Assembly (NCBI GenBank): GCA_949285915.1 | Contig: CASDZW010000001.1 | Span: 14,480 to 38,479 of the forward strand | Direction: 5' to 3' | DNA: 24,000 bases | From: an uncultured Collinsella sp. | Lineage (GTDB): Bacteria > Actinomycetota > Coriobacteriia > Coriobacteriales > Coriobacteriaceae | Shown here: positions 1-10,112 of the stretch, piece by piece | Layout: each line of letters opens with the position of its first letter | Position numbering within the stretch: position 1 is the first letter of the stretch | The notes under the pieces: model-generated | Database searches by the model: none | What the model saw: only the letters and a program-made list of their open reading frames with translations | What the model was told of the DNA's origin: nothing | Made by a program: the position numbers and the translations under genes

Positions 1-13
1 GGAACCAAAGAAA

Positions 14-277
14 GTGGCAAACATCAAGTCCCAGAAGAAGCGTATCCGCACCGCTGAGAAGGCGCGCGTCCGCAACCGCGCCGTCCGCTCTGAGCTCAAG
101 ACGCTCGTCAAGAACGTTCAGGCTGCTGTCGAGGAGGGCAACGCCGAGGCTGCTCGCACCGCTGCCGCTCGCGCCTACAAGCGTCTCGACCAGGCTGCGT
201 CCAAGGGCATCATCCACAAGAACCAGGCTTCCAACCGCAAGTCCGGCGTTCAGAGCCTCGTGAACTCCATCAAGTAG
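14..277 (+). CDS. rpsT: 30S ribosomal protein S20
   Basis: 87-aa ORF with GTG start. The N-terminus MANIKSQKKRIRTAEKARVRNR and the Lys/Arg/Ala-rich helical composition are typical of bS20. A hairpin terminator follows. Confidence 0.95.
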   Translation: MANIKSQKKRIRTAEKARVRNRAVRSELKTLVKNVQAAVEEGNAEAARTAAARAYKRLDQAASKGIIHKNQASNRKSGVQSLVNSIK

Positions 278-301
278 TTCTACGTTACAGCGTATGCTCG
301 A

Positions 302-327
302 GGGCCCGTTTTGAGACGGGCCCTTTT
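302..327 (+). terminator. Rho-independent terminator after rpsT
   Basis: GGGCCCGT (302-309), loop TTTGAG, ACGGGCCC (316-323), then TTTT (324-327). The 8-bp GC stem lies 25 nt after the rpsT stop. Confidence 0.75.
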
Positions 328-335
328 CGTATAGA

Positions 336-2152
<1,817 letters not shown>

Positions 2153-2153
<1 letters not shown>

Positions 2154-3148
2154 TGACCGCCAAAGACGGGGCGCAGGTTGTGCGCGACCTGCTTGCCGAG
2201 CAGCCCTTCTTGCTCGCGCCCATGGCGGGCGTCACCGATGCGGCGTACCGCATCATGTGCCGCCGCCGCGGCGCGCGCCTCGCGTACTCGGAGATGGTGA
2301 GCGTTGCCGGCCTCGCGTATGCGAGCAACAAGACCTGGCGCCTTGTGCTGCCGGAGGACGAGGAGCCCCAGATCTGCGTGCAGCTCTTTGGCAGCAAGCC
2401 CGAGCAGTTTGCCTCGGCGGTCGAGGCTGTCCAGGAGCGGGTGGGGGACAAGCTCACGCTCATCGACATCAACATGGCCTGCCCGGCGCGCAAGGTCATC
2501 ACCAAGGGCGAGGGCTCGGCGCTTATGGAGACGCCCGAGCTCGCCGAAGAGATCGTGCGCGCCTGCGTGGGCGCCGCGCGCGTACCCGTCACCGTTAAGA
2601 TGCGCACCGCGTTTCGCTCGGGCGAGCGCACCGCGCCCGAGCTTGCGCGTCGCCTCGAGGCCGCGGGCGTATCCGCCGTCGCCGTGCACGGGCGCACCGC
2701 CAAGCAGCTCTACACCGGCAGCGCCGACTGGTCGGTCATCGACGAGGTCGCGCGTGCCGTCGATGTTCCCGTCATAGGTTCGGGCGATGTGTTTGACGCC
2801 GAGGCCGCGGCGCGCATGCTACGTGAGACCGCCGCATCGGGAGTGTTTATCGCCCGCGGCACCTACGGCAACCCGTGGATCTTCACCGACGCGCTCGCCT
2901 GCGCCCGCGAGGGGCTGCCCGCGCCGCAGCACGATGCGCTCGAGCGGCTCGACGCGCTCCGGGAGCACCTCGGCCTTGTCCATCGCTACCTGCCCTTTAT
3001 GGCGCGTGCACGCACGTTTGCGACCTGGTACCTCAAGGGTATGCCGCACGCGGCCGCCTGGCGTGGGCGCGTGGTCCAGTGCACCACCTACGACGAGTTC
3101 ATGGAACTGGTGGACGAGATTCAGGCAGACGTTGCCAGCGAGGCGTAG
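2153..3148 (+). CDS. dus: tRNA-dihydrouridine synthase (Dus family)
   Basis: 331-aa ORF with LAPMAGVTD, the catalytic-Cys context NMACPARKV, then VTVKMR and VHGRT as in the Dus TIM-barrel family. The GTG start shares one nt with the lepA stop. Confidence 0.88.
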
Positions 3149-3151
3149 CTG

Positions 3152-4372
3152 ATGCCCATCCGCGCGCTCTATCTGCATATTCCCTTCTGCCACGCCAAGT
3201 GTGCCTACTGCGATTTCGACTCCTCTGGTCTGAGGGGACAGGCGCTTTGCGAGGCGGCCTCCGCCTATCTCCCGCAGCTGGCCGAGCGCATGGACGCCTT
3301 TGGCGCCCGCGGTGCGCTCGAGAGCATTGAGACCGTCTACGTGGGCGGCGGGACGCCTTCGGTTTTGGGCGCGGGACTGGTGCGTCTCGTCGAGCGGGTG
3401 AGGCGCTGGTGTGCGCCCTCTGAGTTCACCTGCGAGGCAAATCCCGAGTCGTTTGACGAGGGTCTCGCCTGCGCGCTCGCGCAGGCCGGTGCGACCCGCG
3501 TGTCGCTTGGCGTGCAGAGCATGGTGGACGAGGAACTCGCTCGGATCGGACGTCTGCACAACCGCGACGGTGCGCTGAGCGCCATTTCCGCAGCACAGGC
3601 GGCGGGGCTCACGGTCTCGGCGGACTGCATGTGCGGCCTTCCCGGGCAGACCGCCGCCTCTTGGGAGCGTACGCTCGAGGGCGTCCTCGGCGCACATCCG
3701 GACCATGTGTCGGTCTACCCGCTTACCCTGGAGGAGGGCACCCCGCTCGCGCGCCAAGCGGAGCGCGATCCTGGGGCCGTGCCCGATGAGGACTTCCAAG
3801 CGACGTGCATGGAGCGGGCGCGCGATGTGCTTTCCGCCGCCGGGTTCGAGCGCTATGAGGTCGCGAGCTACGCCCGTGCCGGCCGCGTGTGCCGGCACAA
3901 CATCGCCTACTGGACCGGTGTAAGCTACCTCGGCCTCGGGCGCTCTGCGGCAGGCATGCTCACCGGCGAGGAGTTTCGCGCGCTTGCCGACCTTTTCCCG
4001 TCGGTTGCCCTCGAGGGCGCGGACGCCCTTGCCGACGATGCACGCGTGCGCCTGGTGCAGCGCGACGACGCCGCTACCACCTTTGAGGGGGAGGTACTCA
4101 GCCCGCGCGAGACGCTCGCAGAGGACCTCATGCTCGGCATGCGCATGACCGCCGGCGTCTCCGAGGCGCTCATCGCCCGCGCGCGCGACCTTATAGGCGT
4201 CGGAGGCGTCGACGCCGCCGTTCGCGAGGCGCTCGACCGTGGACTCGCGCGCTGGACGGAGGAGCCCCTGCCCGGTGCGGATGCGCGCGGGCGCCGGCTC
4301 GTTCCCACCGATGAGGGGTGGCTCCTTGGCAACGAGCTCTACGGTCTTTTCTGGGACCTTGCCGTCGGGTGA
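3152..4372 (+). CDS. hemW: Radical SAM heme chaperone HemW / oxygen-independent coproporphyrinogen-III oxidase-like protein
   Basis: 406-aa ORF with N-terminal YLHIPFCHAKCAYCDF (CxxxCxxC radical SAM cluster) and a GGGTPS motif. It sits in the conserved position downstream of lepA. Confidence 0.88.
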   Translation: MPIRALYLHIPFCHAKCAYCDFDSSGLRGQALCEAASAYLPQLAERMDAFGARGALESIETVYVGGGTPSVLGAGLVRLVERVRRWCAPSEFTCEANPESFDEGLACALAQAGATRVSLGVQSMVDEELARIGRLHNRDGALSAISAAQAAGLTVSADCMCGLPGQTAASWERTLEGVLGAHPDHVSVYPLTLEEGTPLARQAERDPGAVPDEDFQATCMERARDVLSAAGFERYEVASYARAGRVCRHNIAYWTGVSYLGLGRSAAGMLTGEEFRALADLFPSVALEGADALADDARVRLVQRDDAATTFEGEVLSPRETLAEDLMLGMRMTAGVSEALIARARDLIGVGGVDAAVREALDRGLARWTEEPLPGADARGRRLVPTDEGWLLGNELYGLFWDLAVG

Positions 4373-4399
4373 TTGACGCTGGCGGCACTTCGGTACAAT
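4373..4399 (+). promoter_or_regulatory. Candidate sigma-70-type promoter for the DnaJ-like gene
   Basis: TTGACG (4373-4378) and TACAAT (4394-4399). Both hexamers are good, but the 15-nt spacer is short. An SD-like AAAGGG lies about 11 nt before ATG 4441. Confidence 0.35.
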
Positions 4400-4440
4400 A
4401 ACATCCGTCTGAGGTGTGTTTCGAAAGGGTTTTTGCCTCT

Positions 4441-5559
4441 ATGGCGACGATGAACGAAAAGGATTACTACGCGATCCTCGGCGTCTCCAAAGATGCCGAT
4501 AAACGCGAGATTCAAAAGGCCTTCCAGCAGAAGGCGCGCAAGCTCCACCCCGATGTGAACAAGGCGCCCGATGCCGAGGAGCGCTTCAAGGAGGTCTCGG
4601 AGGCGTACGCGGTGCTCTCCGACGAGCAGAAGCGCGCCCGCTATGACGCCATGCGCTCCGGCAACCCCTTTGCCGGCTCCGCGCCCGCAAGCGGCTCGTA
4701 CGGCGGCTACGGCGGAGGCTATGGTGCCTCGCCCTTCGATGGTGGTTTTCCGTTCGGCGCGGGCTTTGGCGGCTGGGCGCAGGGGCGCTCCCAGCGCCGC
4801 TCCTCGTCCGCCTACAACCCCGAGAACGGCGCCGACGTGGTCGTCGATGTCGAGCTCACAGCAGAAGACGTCAAATGTGGCGTGCGCAAGGGCGTGAAGT
4901 ACCGTCGCTACGAGCCCTGCGGACACTGCCATGGGTCGGGCTCGGTTTCGTCGGAGCATGCGCATACGTGCCCGAGTTGCGGCGGCACCGGTACCATCGG
5001 CGTCGACATGGCGTTTCTCTTTGGCGGCGGGATGTTCCAGATGGTCTGCCCCGAGTGCGGGGGTTCCGGCAAAGTCGTGGCAGACCCCTGCCCGGAGTGC
5101 GGCGGATCGGGCCGCACCCAGGTCATGAGCGAGGCCGTCATCGAGTTTCCGCCCGGTACGCACGACGGCGATCGCGTGCGCGTCGCCGGCATGGGACATG
5201 CCGGTACCAACGGGGCGGCCGGCGGCGACCTCATCGGTCGCGCCCGCGTTGCTGCCGAGCGCCTGGACGGAAGCGCGCGCCAGGGCTTCTACGTCATGGG
5301 CTTCGCCACGCCCTTCCTCGCGCTCTTCGCGTTTTTGCAGTCGCTCTCCATCATGGCCGTCATCTGCATCGCAGTCTTTGGCTTCGGCGTGTTCCAAGTG
5401 CTCTCTGACGACGTCTTGCACCGCACGCCCCTGTGGTGGCGCCGCGGCGGCGCGCGCTTTGTGAGCGGGTTTGCAAACGCGCTCTTCTACGCGGTCATCA
5501 TGTTCTGGTTTGTGAGCTGCTCGAGCGGTCTGTATTACCGTCCGTACTTCTACATGTAG
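4441..5559 (+). CDS. J-domain protein: DnaJ-like (J domain, G/F region, Zn finger, CTD-I) with a C-terminal transmembrane anchor
   Basis: J domain KDYYAILGV...LHPDVN with HPD at 4546-4554. G/F-rich linker. Four CxxCxGxG motifs ([32 protein letters not shown]; 4918-5112). Similarity to DnaJ stops after GDLIGRARV. The hydrophobic segments [39 protein letters not shown] and [21 protein letters not shown] follow. I chose ATG 4441 over track start 4414 because of the SD and the usual position of the J domain near the N-terminus. Confidence 0.85.
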   Translation: MATMNEKDYYAILGVSKDADKREIQKAFQQKARKLHPDVNKAPDAEERFKEVSEAYAVLSDEQKRARYDAMRSGNPFAGSAPASGSYGGYGGGYGASPFDGGFPFGAGFGGWAQGRSQRRSSSAYNPENGADVVVDVELTAEDVKCGVRKGVKYRRYEPCGHCHGSGSVSSEHAHTCPSCGGTGTIGVDMAFLFGGGMFQMVCPECGGSGKVVADPCPECGGSGRTQVMSEAVIEFPPGTHDGDRVRVAGMGHAGTNGAAGGDLIGRARVAAERLDGSARQGFYVMGFATPFLALFAFLQSLSIMAVICIAVFGFGVFQVLSDDVLHRTPLWWRRGGARFVSGFANALFYAVIMFWFVSCSSGLYYRPYFYM

Positions 5560-5599
5560 CAGGGTTGCCCGAGGGCGGCGCTCGTTCAGGGCAACGCGC

Positions 5600-5622
5600 A
5601 GGCGCGTGCGCGCCTTTGATTT
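5600..5622 (+). terminator. Candidate Rho-independent terminator after the DnaJ-like gene
   Basis: AGGCGC (5600-5605), loop GTGC, GCGCCT (5610-5615), then TTGATTT. It is preceded by a second hairpin, GTTGCCC (5564-5570) with GGGCAAC (5589-5595). Confidence 0.5.
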
Positions 5623-5731
5623 AAGCTTGCCGCCATCGGGTACAACGGGTAACGTCGGTGTGACCGTCTGATTTTGCTGGAGTAACTAAGGGCGCCTCGC
5701 TTGGGCGCCATCGTGGGGGAAGGTTTTGTCC

Positions 5732-6880
5732 GTGGCGGAGAAAAGGGACTATTACGAGGTACTGGGTGTCGATCGCGATGCCGACCAGCGCACGATCAAG
5801 CGCGCGTTTCTCAAGAAAGCGCGCACGGTGCACCCGGATGTCTCGGACGACCCCGATGCCGAGGAGAAGTTCAAGGAGCTGAACGAGGCGTACTCGGTTC
5901 TCTCCGACGAGCAGAAGCGCGCTAACTACGATCGCTTCGGTTCGGCAGACGGCCCCATGGGTTCGGGCTATGTCGACCTCAACGATATCTTCGGCGGCAT
6001 GGGGATGGACGACATCTTCTCGTCCTTCTTCGGCGGCGGAGCCGGTGGCGGCAGGAGGCGCGCGCAGCGCCGTCAGGGCCGTGACATGGCCATCTCGGTC
6101 ACCATCACCCTGGAGGAGGCGGCCCTCGGCTGCACCAAGACCATCTCCTTCGACCGCCTCGCCCCGTGCGAGGACTGCCACGGCACCGGTCTTTCCGAGG
6201 ACGCTAAGGAGACGGAGTGCCCGCGCTGCCACGGCACCGGCTTTGTCACCACGGTCCAGCGCTCCATCTTTGGTCAGATGCAGTCATCGTCCCCCTGCCC
6301 GGATTGCGGCGGCGAGGGCGTCATCATCGACCACCCCTGCGAGATGTGCGACGGACAGGGGCGCACGCCCAGCCATGAGAAGATCGACGTCCAGATTCCC
6401 GCGGGCATCTCCTCGGGCAGGCAGCTGCGTGTGCGCGGCTACGGCGAGGCGGGTTTCCGCGGTGCGGAGTCGGGCGACCTCATCGTCACGGTGGGTATCG
6501 AGGACCACAGCCGTTTCCGCCGCGTGGGCGACGACCTCGCGTGCGAGATCGAGGTCTCCATGGTCCAGGCGGCGCTTGGCTGCAGCGTCGAGGTCGCCGG
6601 CATCATGCCGGACGAGACGCTTGTCTTCGAGGTCCCGGCGGGCACCCAGTTTGGCGACACGGTGACCCTCGAGGAGCACGGCATGCCCCGCATCGGCGGG
6701 GGAGGATCGCGCGGCCGCGCCGTCGCGCAGGTGCGCGTCACGGTCCCCACAAAGCTCGACGATGAGTCCCGTCGCATTCTGGAGAGCTACGCGGAGCACA
6801 ACCGCGAGGCGTATGCGCCGGCGCCGCGCAAAAGCGTAGGCGACCGCATTCGCGATGCCATAGACGACATTCTGGATTAG
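5732..6880 (+). CDS. dnaJ: Molecular chaperone DnaJ (canonical type I)
   Basis: J domain RDYYEVLGV...VHPDVS, G/F region, four CxxCxGxG motifs (CEDCHGTG, CPRCHGTG, CPDCGGEG, CEMCDGQG) and full CTD-I/CTD-II. GTG 5732 lies 8 nt after the GGGGGAAGG SD. The track start TTG 5726 is the in-frame alternative. Confidence 0.95.
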   Translation: MAEKRDYYEVLGVDRDADQRTIKRAFLKKARTVHPDVSDDPDAEEKFKELNEAYSVLSDEQKRANYDRFGSADGPMGSGYVDLNDIFGGMGMDDIFSSFFGGGAGGGRRRAQRRQGRDMAISVTITLEEAALGCTKTISFDRLAPCEDCHGTGLSEDAKETECPRCHGTGFVTTVQRSIFGQMQSSSPCPDCGGEGVIIDHPCEMCDGQGRTPSHEKIDVQIPAGISSGRQLRVRGYGEAGFRGAESGDLIVTVGIEDHSRFRRVGDDLACEIEVSMVQAALGCSVEVAGIMPDETLVFEVPAGTQFGDTVTLEEHGMPRIGGGGSRGRAVAQVRVTVPTKLDDESRRILESYAEHNREAYAPAPRKSVGDRIRDAIDDILD

Positions 6881-6883
6881 GCG

Positions 6884-8212
6884 ATGACAGGTAGCACAGG
6901 CGTTTCCGTAATCAATCTCGGCTGCCGTGTGAACCGCGTCGAGTCAGACCGCATCTCGCGTGAGTTCGCTCAGGCGGGTTTCTCGCTCGTTCCCGCCGAG
7001 GAGGCCGCACTCATCGTTATCAACACCTGCGCCGTCACGGGCGAGGCGGAGGCAAAGACCCGTAAGGCCGTGCGGCGTGCGCTCGGCCAGCCGGGCGAGC
7101 CCATCGTCATCGCCACCGGCTGTGCCGCCAACCTCCACCCCGACATGCTCGAGGAGCTCTCCGACCGCGTCTGTGTCGAGCCGTCGAAGATAAGCGTCGT
7201 CGACCGCGCCTGCGAGCTTCTCTCCCTCGACCGTTCGGACGCCGAGGCGGACGAGGTGGCCGAGGGCGGCGTCGATGCCCGCTCGCTTGCCGAGATGCTC
7301 GGCCGGTCGCGCTGGGGCATCAAGGTGCAGGATGGCTGCAACAACCGCTGCACCTACTGCATCGTCTGGAAGGCGCGCGGGCCCGAGCGCTCCGTCCCCG
7401 TCGAGGCGGTGCTCGACCAGGTACGCCTCGCTACCGAGGCGGGCATCCCCGAGGTCGTGCTCACCGGCGTCAACCTCGGCGCCTACGACGGCGTGGGGCC
7501 AAGCGACGAGCATGTGGAGATCGACGAGCTCCTCCGCGCCATTTTGGAGGAGACCTCCGTCGCCCAGGTACGCCTGTCCTCGCTCGAGCCCATGGACGTG
7601 AGCGACCGTCTGATCGATTACATGGCCGCGCACAAGGACCGTATCGCGCCGTTTCTCCATCTGCCGCTCCAGTCGGGCTCGACCGCGACGCTCTCGCGCA
7701 TGGGCAGGCCCTATACCGCGGAGGAGTTCCTGGCACTTACCGAGCGCATCCGCACGCGCCTTCCCGAGGTCGCACTCTCCTGCGATGTGATTGTGGGCTT
7801 CCCCGGTGAGACGGACGAGGAGTTCGAGCAGTCGCTTTCCTTCTGCCGCAAGGTCGGTTTCTCGCGCATGCACGTGTTTCGCTACAGCGCGCGCCCCGGC
7901 ACCGTCGCGGCGGATATGCCTGATCAGGTTCCCTCTGAGGTGAAGGAGGAACGGAGCGTCCGTATGCGCGCGCTCGCGCAGGACCTCGCGCGCTATGACG
8001 CCCGCTCGCGCATCGACACGGTGGAAAACGCGGTGCTGGAGGCGGGGCGCCCGGCGACCCTCGCCTCGTTCCACCGAATCCACGTTATGGATGCGCCTGA
8101 GACCACGCCCGCGCTCGTTCGTGTTGCTATCATGGGGATGGACGAATCCGGTGCCCTCTACGGCCGCGTGGCGCGGTCGGAGGACGCAGCGAGTAAGGAG
8201 TGCGATGGATAG
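6884..8212 (+). CDS. mtaB: tRNA methylthiotransferase, MtaB-like (radical SAM MTTase)
   Basis: 442-aa ORF with the N-terminal MTTase domain (NLGCRVN, INTCAVT), radical SAM CNNRCTYC and a TRAM-like C-terminus. Its position downstream of dnaJ matches yqeV/mtaB synteny. Confidence 0.82.
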   Translation: MTGSTGVSVINLGCRVNRVESDRISREFAQAGFSLVPAEEAALIVINTCAVTGEAEAKTRKAVRRALGQPGEPIVIATGCAANLHPDMLEELSDRVCVEPSKISVVDRACELLSLDRSDAEADEVAEGGVDARSLAEMLGRSRWGIKVQDGCNNRCTYCIVWKARGPERSVPVEAVLDQVRLATEAGIPEVVLTGVNLGAYDGVGPSDEHVEIDELLRAILEETSVAQVRLSSLEPMDVSDRLIDYMAAHKDRIAPFLHLPLQSGSTATLSRMGRPYTAEEFLALTERIRTRLPEVALSCDVIVGFPGETDEEFEQSLSFCRKVGFSRMHVFRYSARPGTVAADMPDQVPSEVKEERSVRMRALAQDLARYDARSRIDTVENAVLEAGRPATLASFHRIHVMDAPETTPALVRVAIMGMDESGALYGRVARSEDAASKECDG

Positions 8213-9161
8213 CGCAACCGTGCGCCTTTCGATTCCCGATACCGTCGATGCCCGGGTGCTCTCGGGCGCGGGGGATGCCGTTCTGCGCGCGATCGAGGAG
8301 CGGACGCCCGCGAGCATCCTGTTTCGCGGCGATTCGGTCACGTTCGCCGGCACACCCGGCGAGGTCGAGCTTCTGACCCGGCTCTTTGGCAAGCTCATGC
8401 AAGAGGCCGCCTCCGGGCGCGCGCTCACCTCCGACGAGGCCATGCGCCTGCTCGACGCTCTGCGCGAGAGCGGGGCGGGTGCGGCGGATTTCCGCGACGA
8501 CATCCTGCTCACCTACCGCGGGCGCGCGCTCAGGCCCAAGACGCTCGGCCAGAAGCGCTACATCGACGCCATCCGCTCCAACACCGTCACCTTCTGTTTG
8601 GGACCCGCCGGTACGGGTAAGACCTATCTTGCCATGGCGATGGCGGTGGGCGCCCTCAAACGGCGCGAGGTGAGCCGCATCGTTCTCACGCGCCCCGTGG
8701 TGGAGGCGGGGGAGAGCCTGGGCTACCTCCCGGGGACCCTTCAGGAGAAGATTGACCCGTATGTGCGTCCGCTTTTTGACGCGCTCTTTGATATGACCGA
8801 CATGGAGCGCGCCTCTGAGCTCGTGGAGCGCGGCGTCATCGAGATCGCGCCGCTTGCCTACATGCGCGGCCGCACGCTAAACGACGCGTTCGTACTTCTC
8901 GATGAGGCGCAGAACACCACGCCCGAGCAGATGAAGATGTTCCTTACCCGTCTGGGCTTCAATTCCAAGTTCATCATCACCGGCGACATGACGCAGCGCG
9001 ACCTCGTGGGGCGCCGCGGGGGCCTCACCGATATCGAGGACATTCTGCGCGGTGTGGACGATATCGCCTTCATTCACCTCGACCGCACCGATGTGGTGAG
9101 GCACTCGCTCGTCGGGCGCATCGTCGAGGCGTACGACGCCTTTGAATCCGCCAAGAAGTGA
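8205..9161 (+). CDS. phoH: PhoH-family ATPase (YbeZ-like)
   Basis: Walker A GPAGTGKTY, Walker B FVLLDEAQN, PhoH-type C-terminus. ATG 8205 follows the strong SD TAAGGAG (8194-8200). The track start 7995 would run 218 nt inside mtaB in another frame and encodes Arg/Trp-rich junk. Confidence 0.9.
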   Translation: MDSATVRLSIPDTVDARVLSGAGDAVLRAIEERTPASILFRGDSVTFAGTPGEVELLTRLFGKLMQEAASGRALTSDEAMRLLDALRESGAGAADFRDDILLTYRGRALRPKTLGQKRYIDAIRSNTVTFCLGPAGTGKTYLAMAMAVGALKRREVSRIVLTRPVVEAGESLGYLPGTLQEKIDPYVRPLFDALFDMTDMERASELVERGVIEIAPLAYMRGRTLNDAFVLLDEAQNTTPEQMKMFLTRLGFNSKFIITGDMTQRDLVGRRGGLTDIEDILRGVDDIAFIHLDRTDVVRHSLVGRIVEAYDAFESAKK

Positions 9162-9174
9162 AAGGGGCGGTCCT

Positions 9175-9684
9175 GTGAGCGTTCTTATCACCAACGACGA
9201 CTCCCTTGCGGTCCCGCTTGCCGATAGCGAGATCGAAGCCATCTGCGCCCACGTGCTCGCCGCCGAGGGCGTGGCGGATACGGCCGAGGTCTCATTCAGC
9301 TGGATCGGTGACGATGAGATGCGCGCCCTCAACGCCGAGTGGCGCGGCATCGACGCACCAACTGACGTGCTCTCGTTTCCCATCGACGACCCCTTTGCGG
9401 AGGAGGAGCCCCAGGGCATGCCGCTTGAGCTCGGCGACATCCTCATCGATCCGCTTCAGATCGCTCGTCAGGCGCCGGAGTTTGACAACGACGACGCCAC
9501 CGAGTGCCGCCTCATGCTCGTGCACGGCCTGCTGCACCTTCTGGGATACGATCACCTCGAGGACGGGGAGGCGCGCGAGATGGAGGCCCGCGAGGAGGAG
9601 CTGCTGCGCGAGCTCGCCCGCATGCGCGGCGACGATCCGGATACGGTGCGCATCGGCCCCACGACGCGCCACACGCAAGACTGA
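9175..9684 (+). CDS. ybeY: rRNA maturation endoribonuclease YbeY
   Basis: Zinc-binding HGLLHLLGYDH motif and an N-terminal VSVLITNDD typical of YbeY. GTG 9175 follows an AAAGGGG SD. Track start 9142 overlaps the phoH 3' end. Confidence 0.9.
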   Translation: MSVLITNDDSLAVPLADSEIEAICAHVLAAEGVADTAEVSFSWIGDDEMRALNAEWRGIDAPTDVLSFPIDDPFAEEEPQGMPLELGDILIDPLQIARQAPEFDNDDATECRLMLVHGLLHLLGYDHLEDGEAREMEAREEELLRELARMRGDDPDTVRIGPTTRHTQD

Positions 9685-9702
9685 CGATACAGGAGGTACG
9701 AG

Positions 9703-10080
9703 ATGATTCCCGGTTCCAACAGGGAGCACCCCACGTTCCTGCGGTCCTTCCGCTATGCGCTCGAGGGCTTCCGGACCGCCGTCACCACCGAGCGCAACAT
9801 CAACGTGCAGATCTGCGTGGGCGTGGCTGCGCTCATCGCAGGTTTCGTACTCAAGCTCGATGCGCTCTCGTGGATTCTCATCATCCTCTGCATCGGGCTC
9901 GTGCTCTTTGCCGAGCTCGTCAACACCTCCATCGAGGCCATCGTCGATTTGGCCACGCAGGAGCTGCACCCGCTTGCCAAGCGCGCCAAGGACATTGCCG
10001 CCGCAAGCGTGTTCACCCTTTCGGTGACGTCCGCCATCGTCGGCATCATCGTGTTCGTCCGCGCGTTCACCCTTCTGTAG
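9703..10080 (+). CDS. dgkA: Diacylglycerol / undecaprenol kinase (DgkA family)
   Basis: 125-aa ORF with three hydrophobic helices and the FAELVNTSIEAIVD and AKDIAAASV signatures of prokaryotic DgkA. SD AGGAGG lies upstream. Confidence 0.85.
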   Translation: MIPGSNREHPTFLRSFRYALEGFRTAVTTERNINVQICVGVAALIAGFVLKLDALSWILIILCIGLVLFAELVNTSIEAIVDLATQELHPLAKRAKDIAAASVFTLSVTSAIVGIIVFVRAFTLL

Positions 10081-10112
10081 CGGGTGCTGCGGTATCTAGC
10101 TAGGAGTTTGCC

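Noticed and set aside
4373-5731. Search for CIRCE (TTAGCACTC-N9-GAGTGCTAA) or HAIR (CTTGAGT-N7-ACTCAAG) heat-shock operators upstream of the two J-protein genes. This includes the GGCGCC-N7-GGCGCC element at 5691-5709.
   Set aside because: No match to either consensus by eye. The GGCGCC pair is a short self-complementary GC repeat that could form a small 5' UTR hairpin but does not resemble a known operator.
7995-8204. N-terminal extensions suggested by the ORF track for phoH (7995), ybeY (9142), cinA-C (20173) and the DnaJ-like gene (4414).
   Set aside because: The extensions overlap the upstream gene in another frame and encode Arg/Trp-rich junk. Internal starts (8205, 9175, 20344, 4441) have SD sequences and give N-termini typical of each family.
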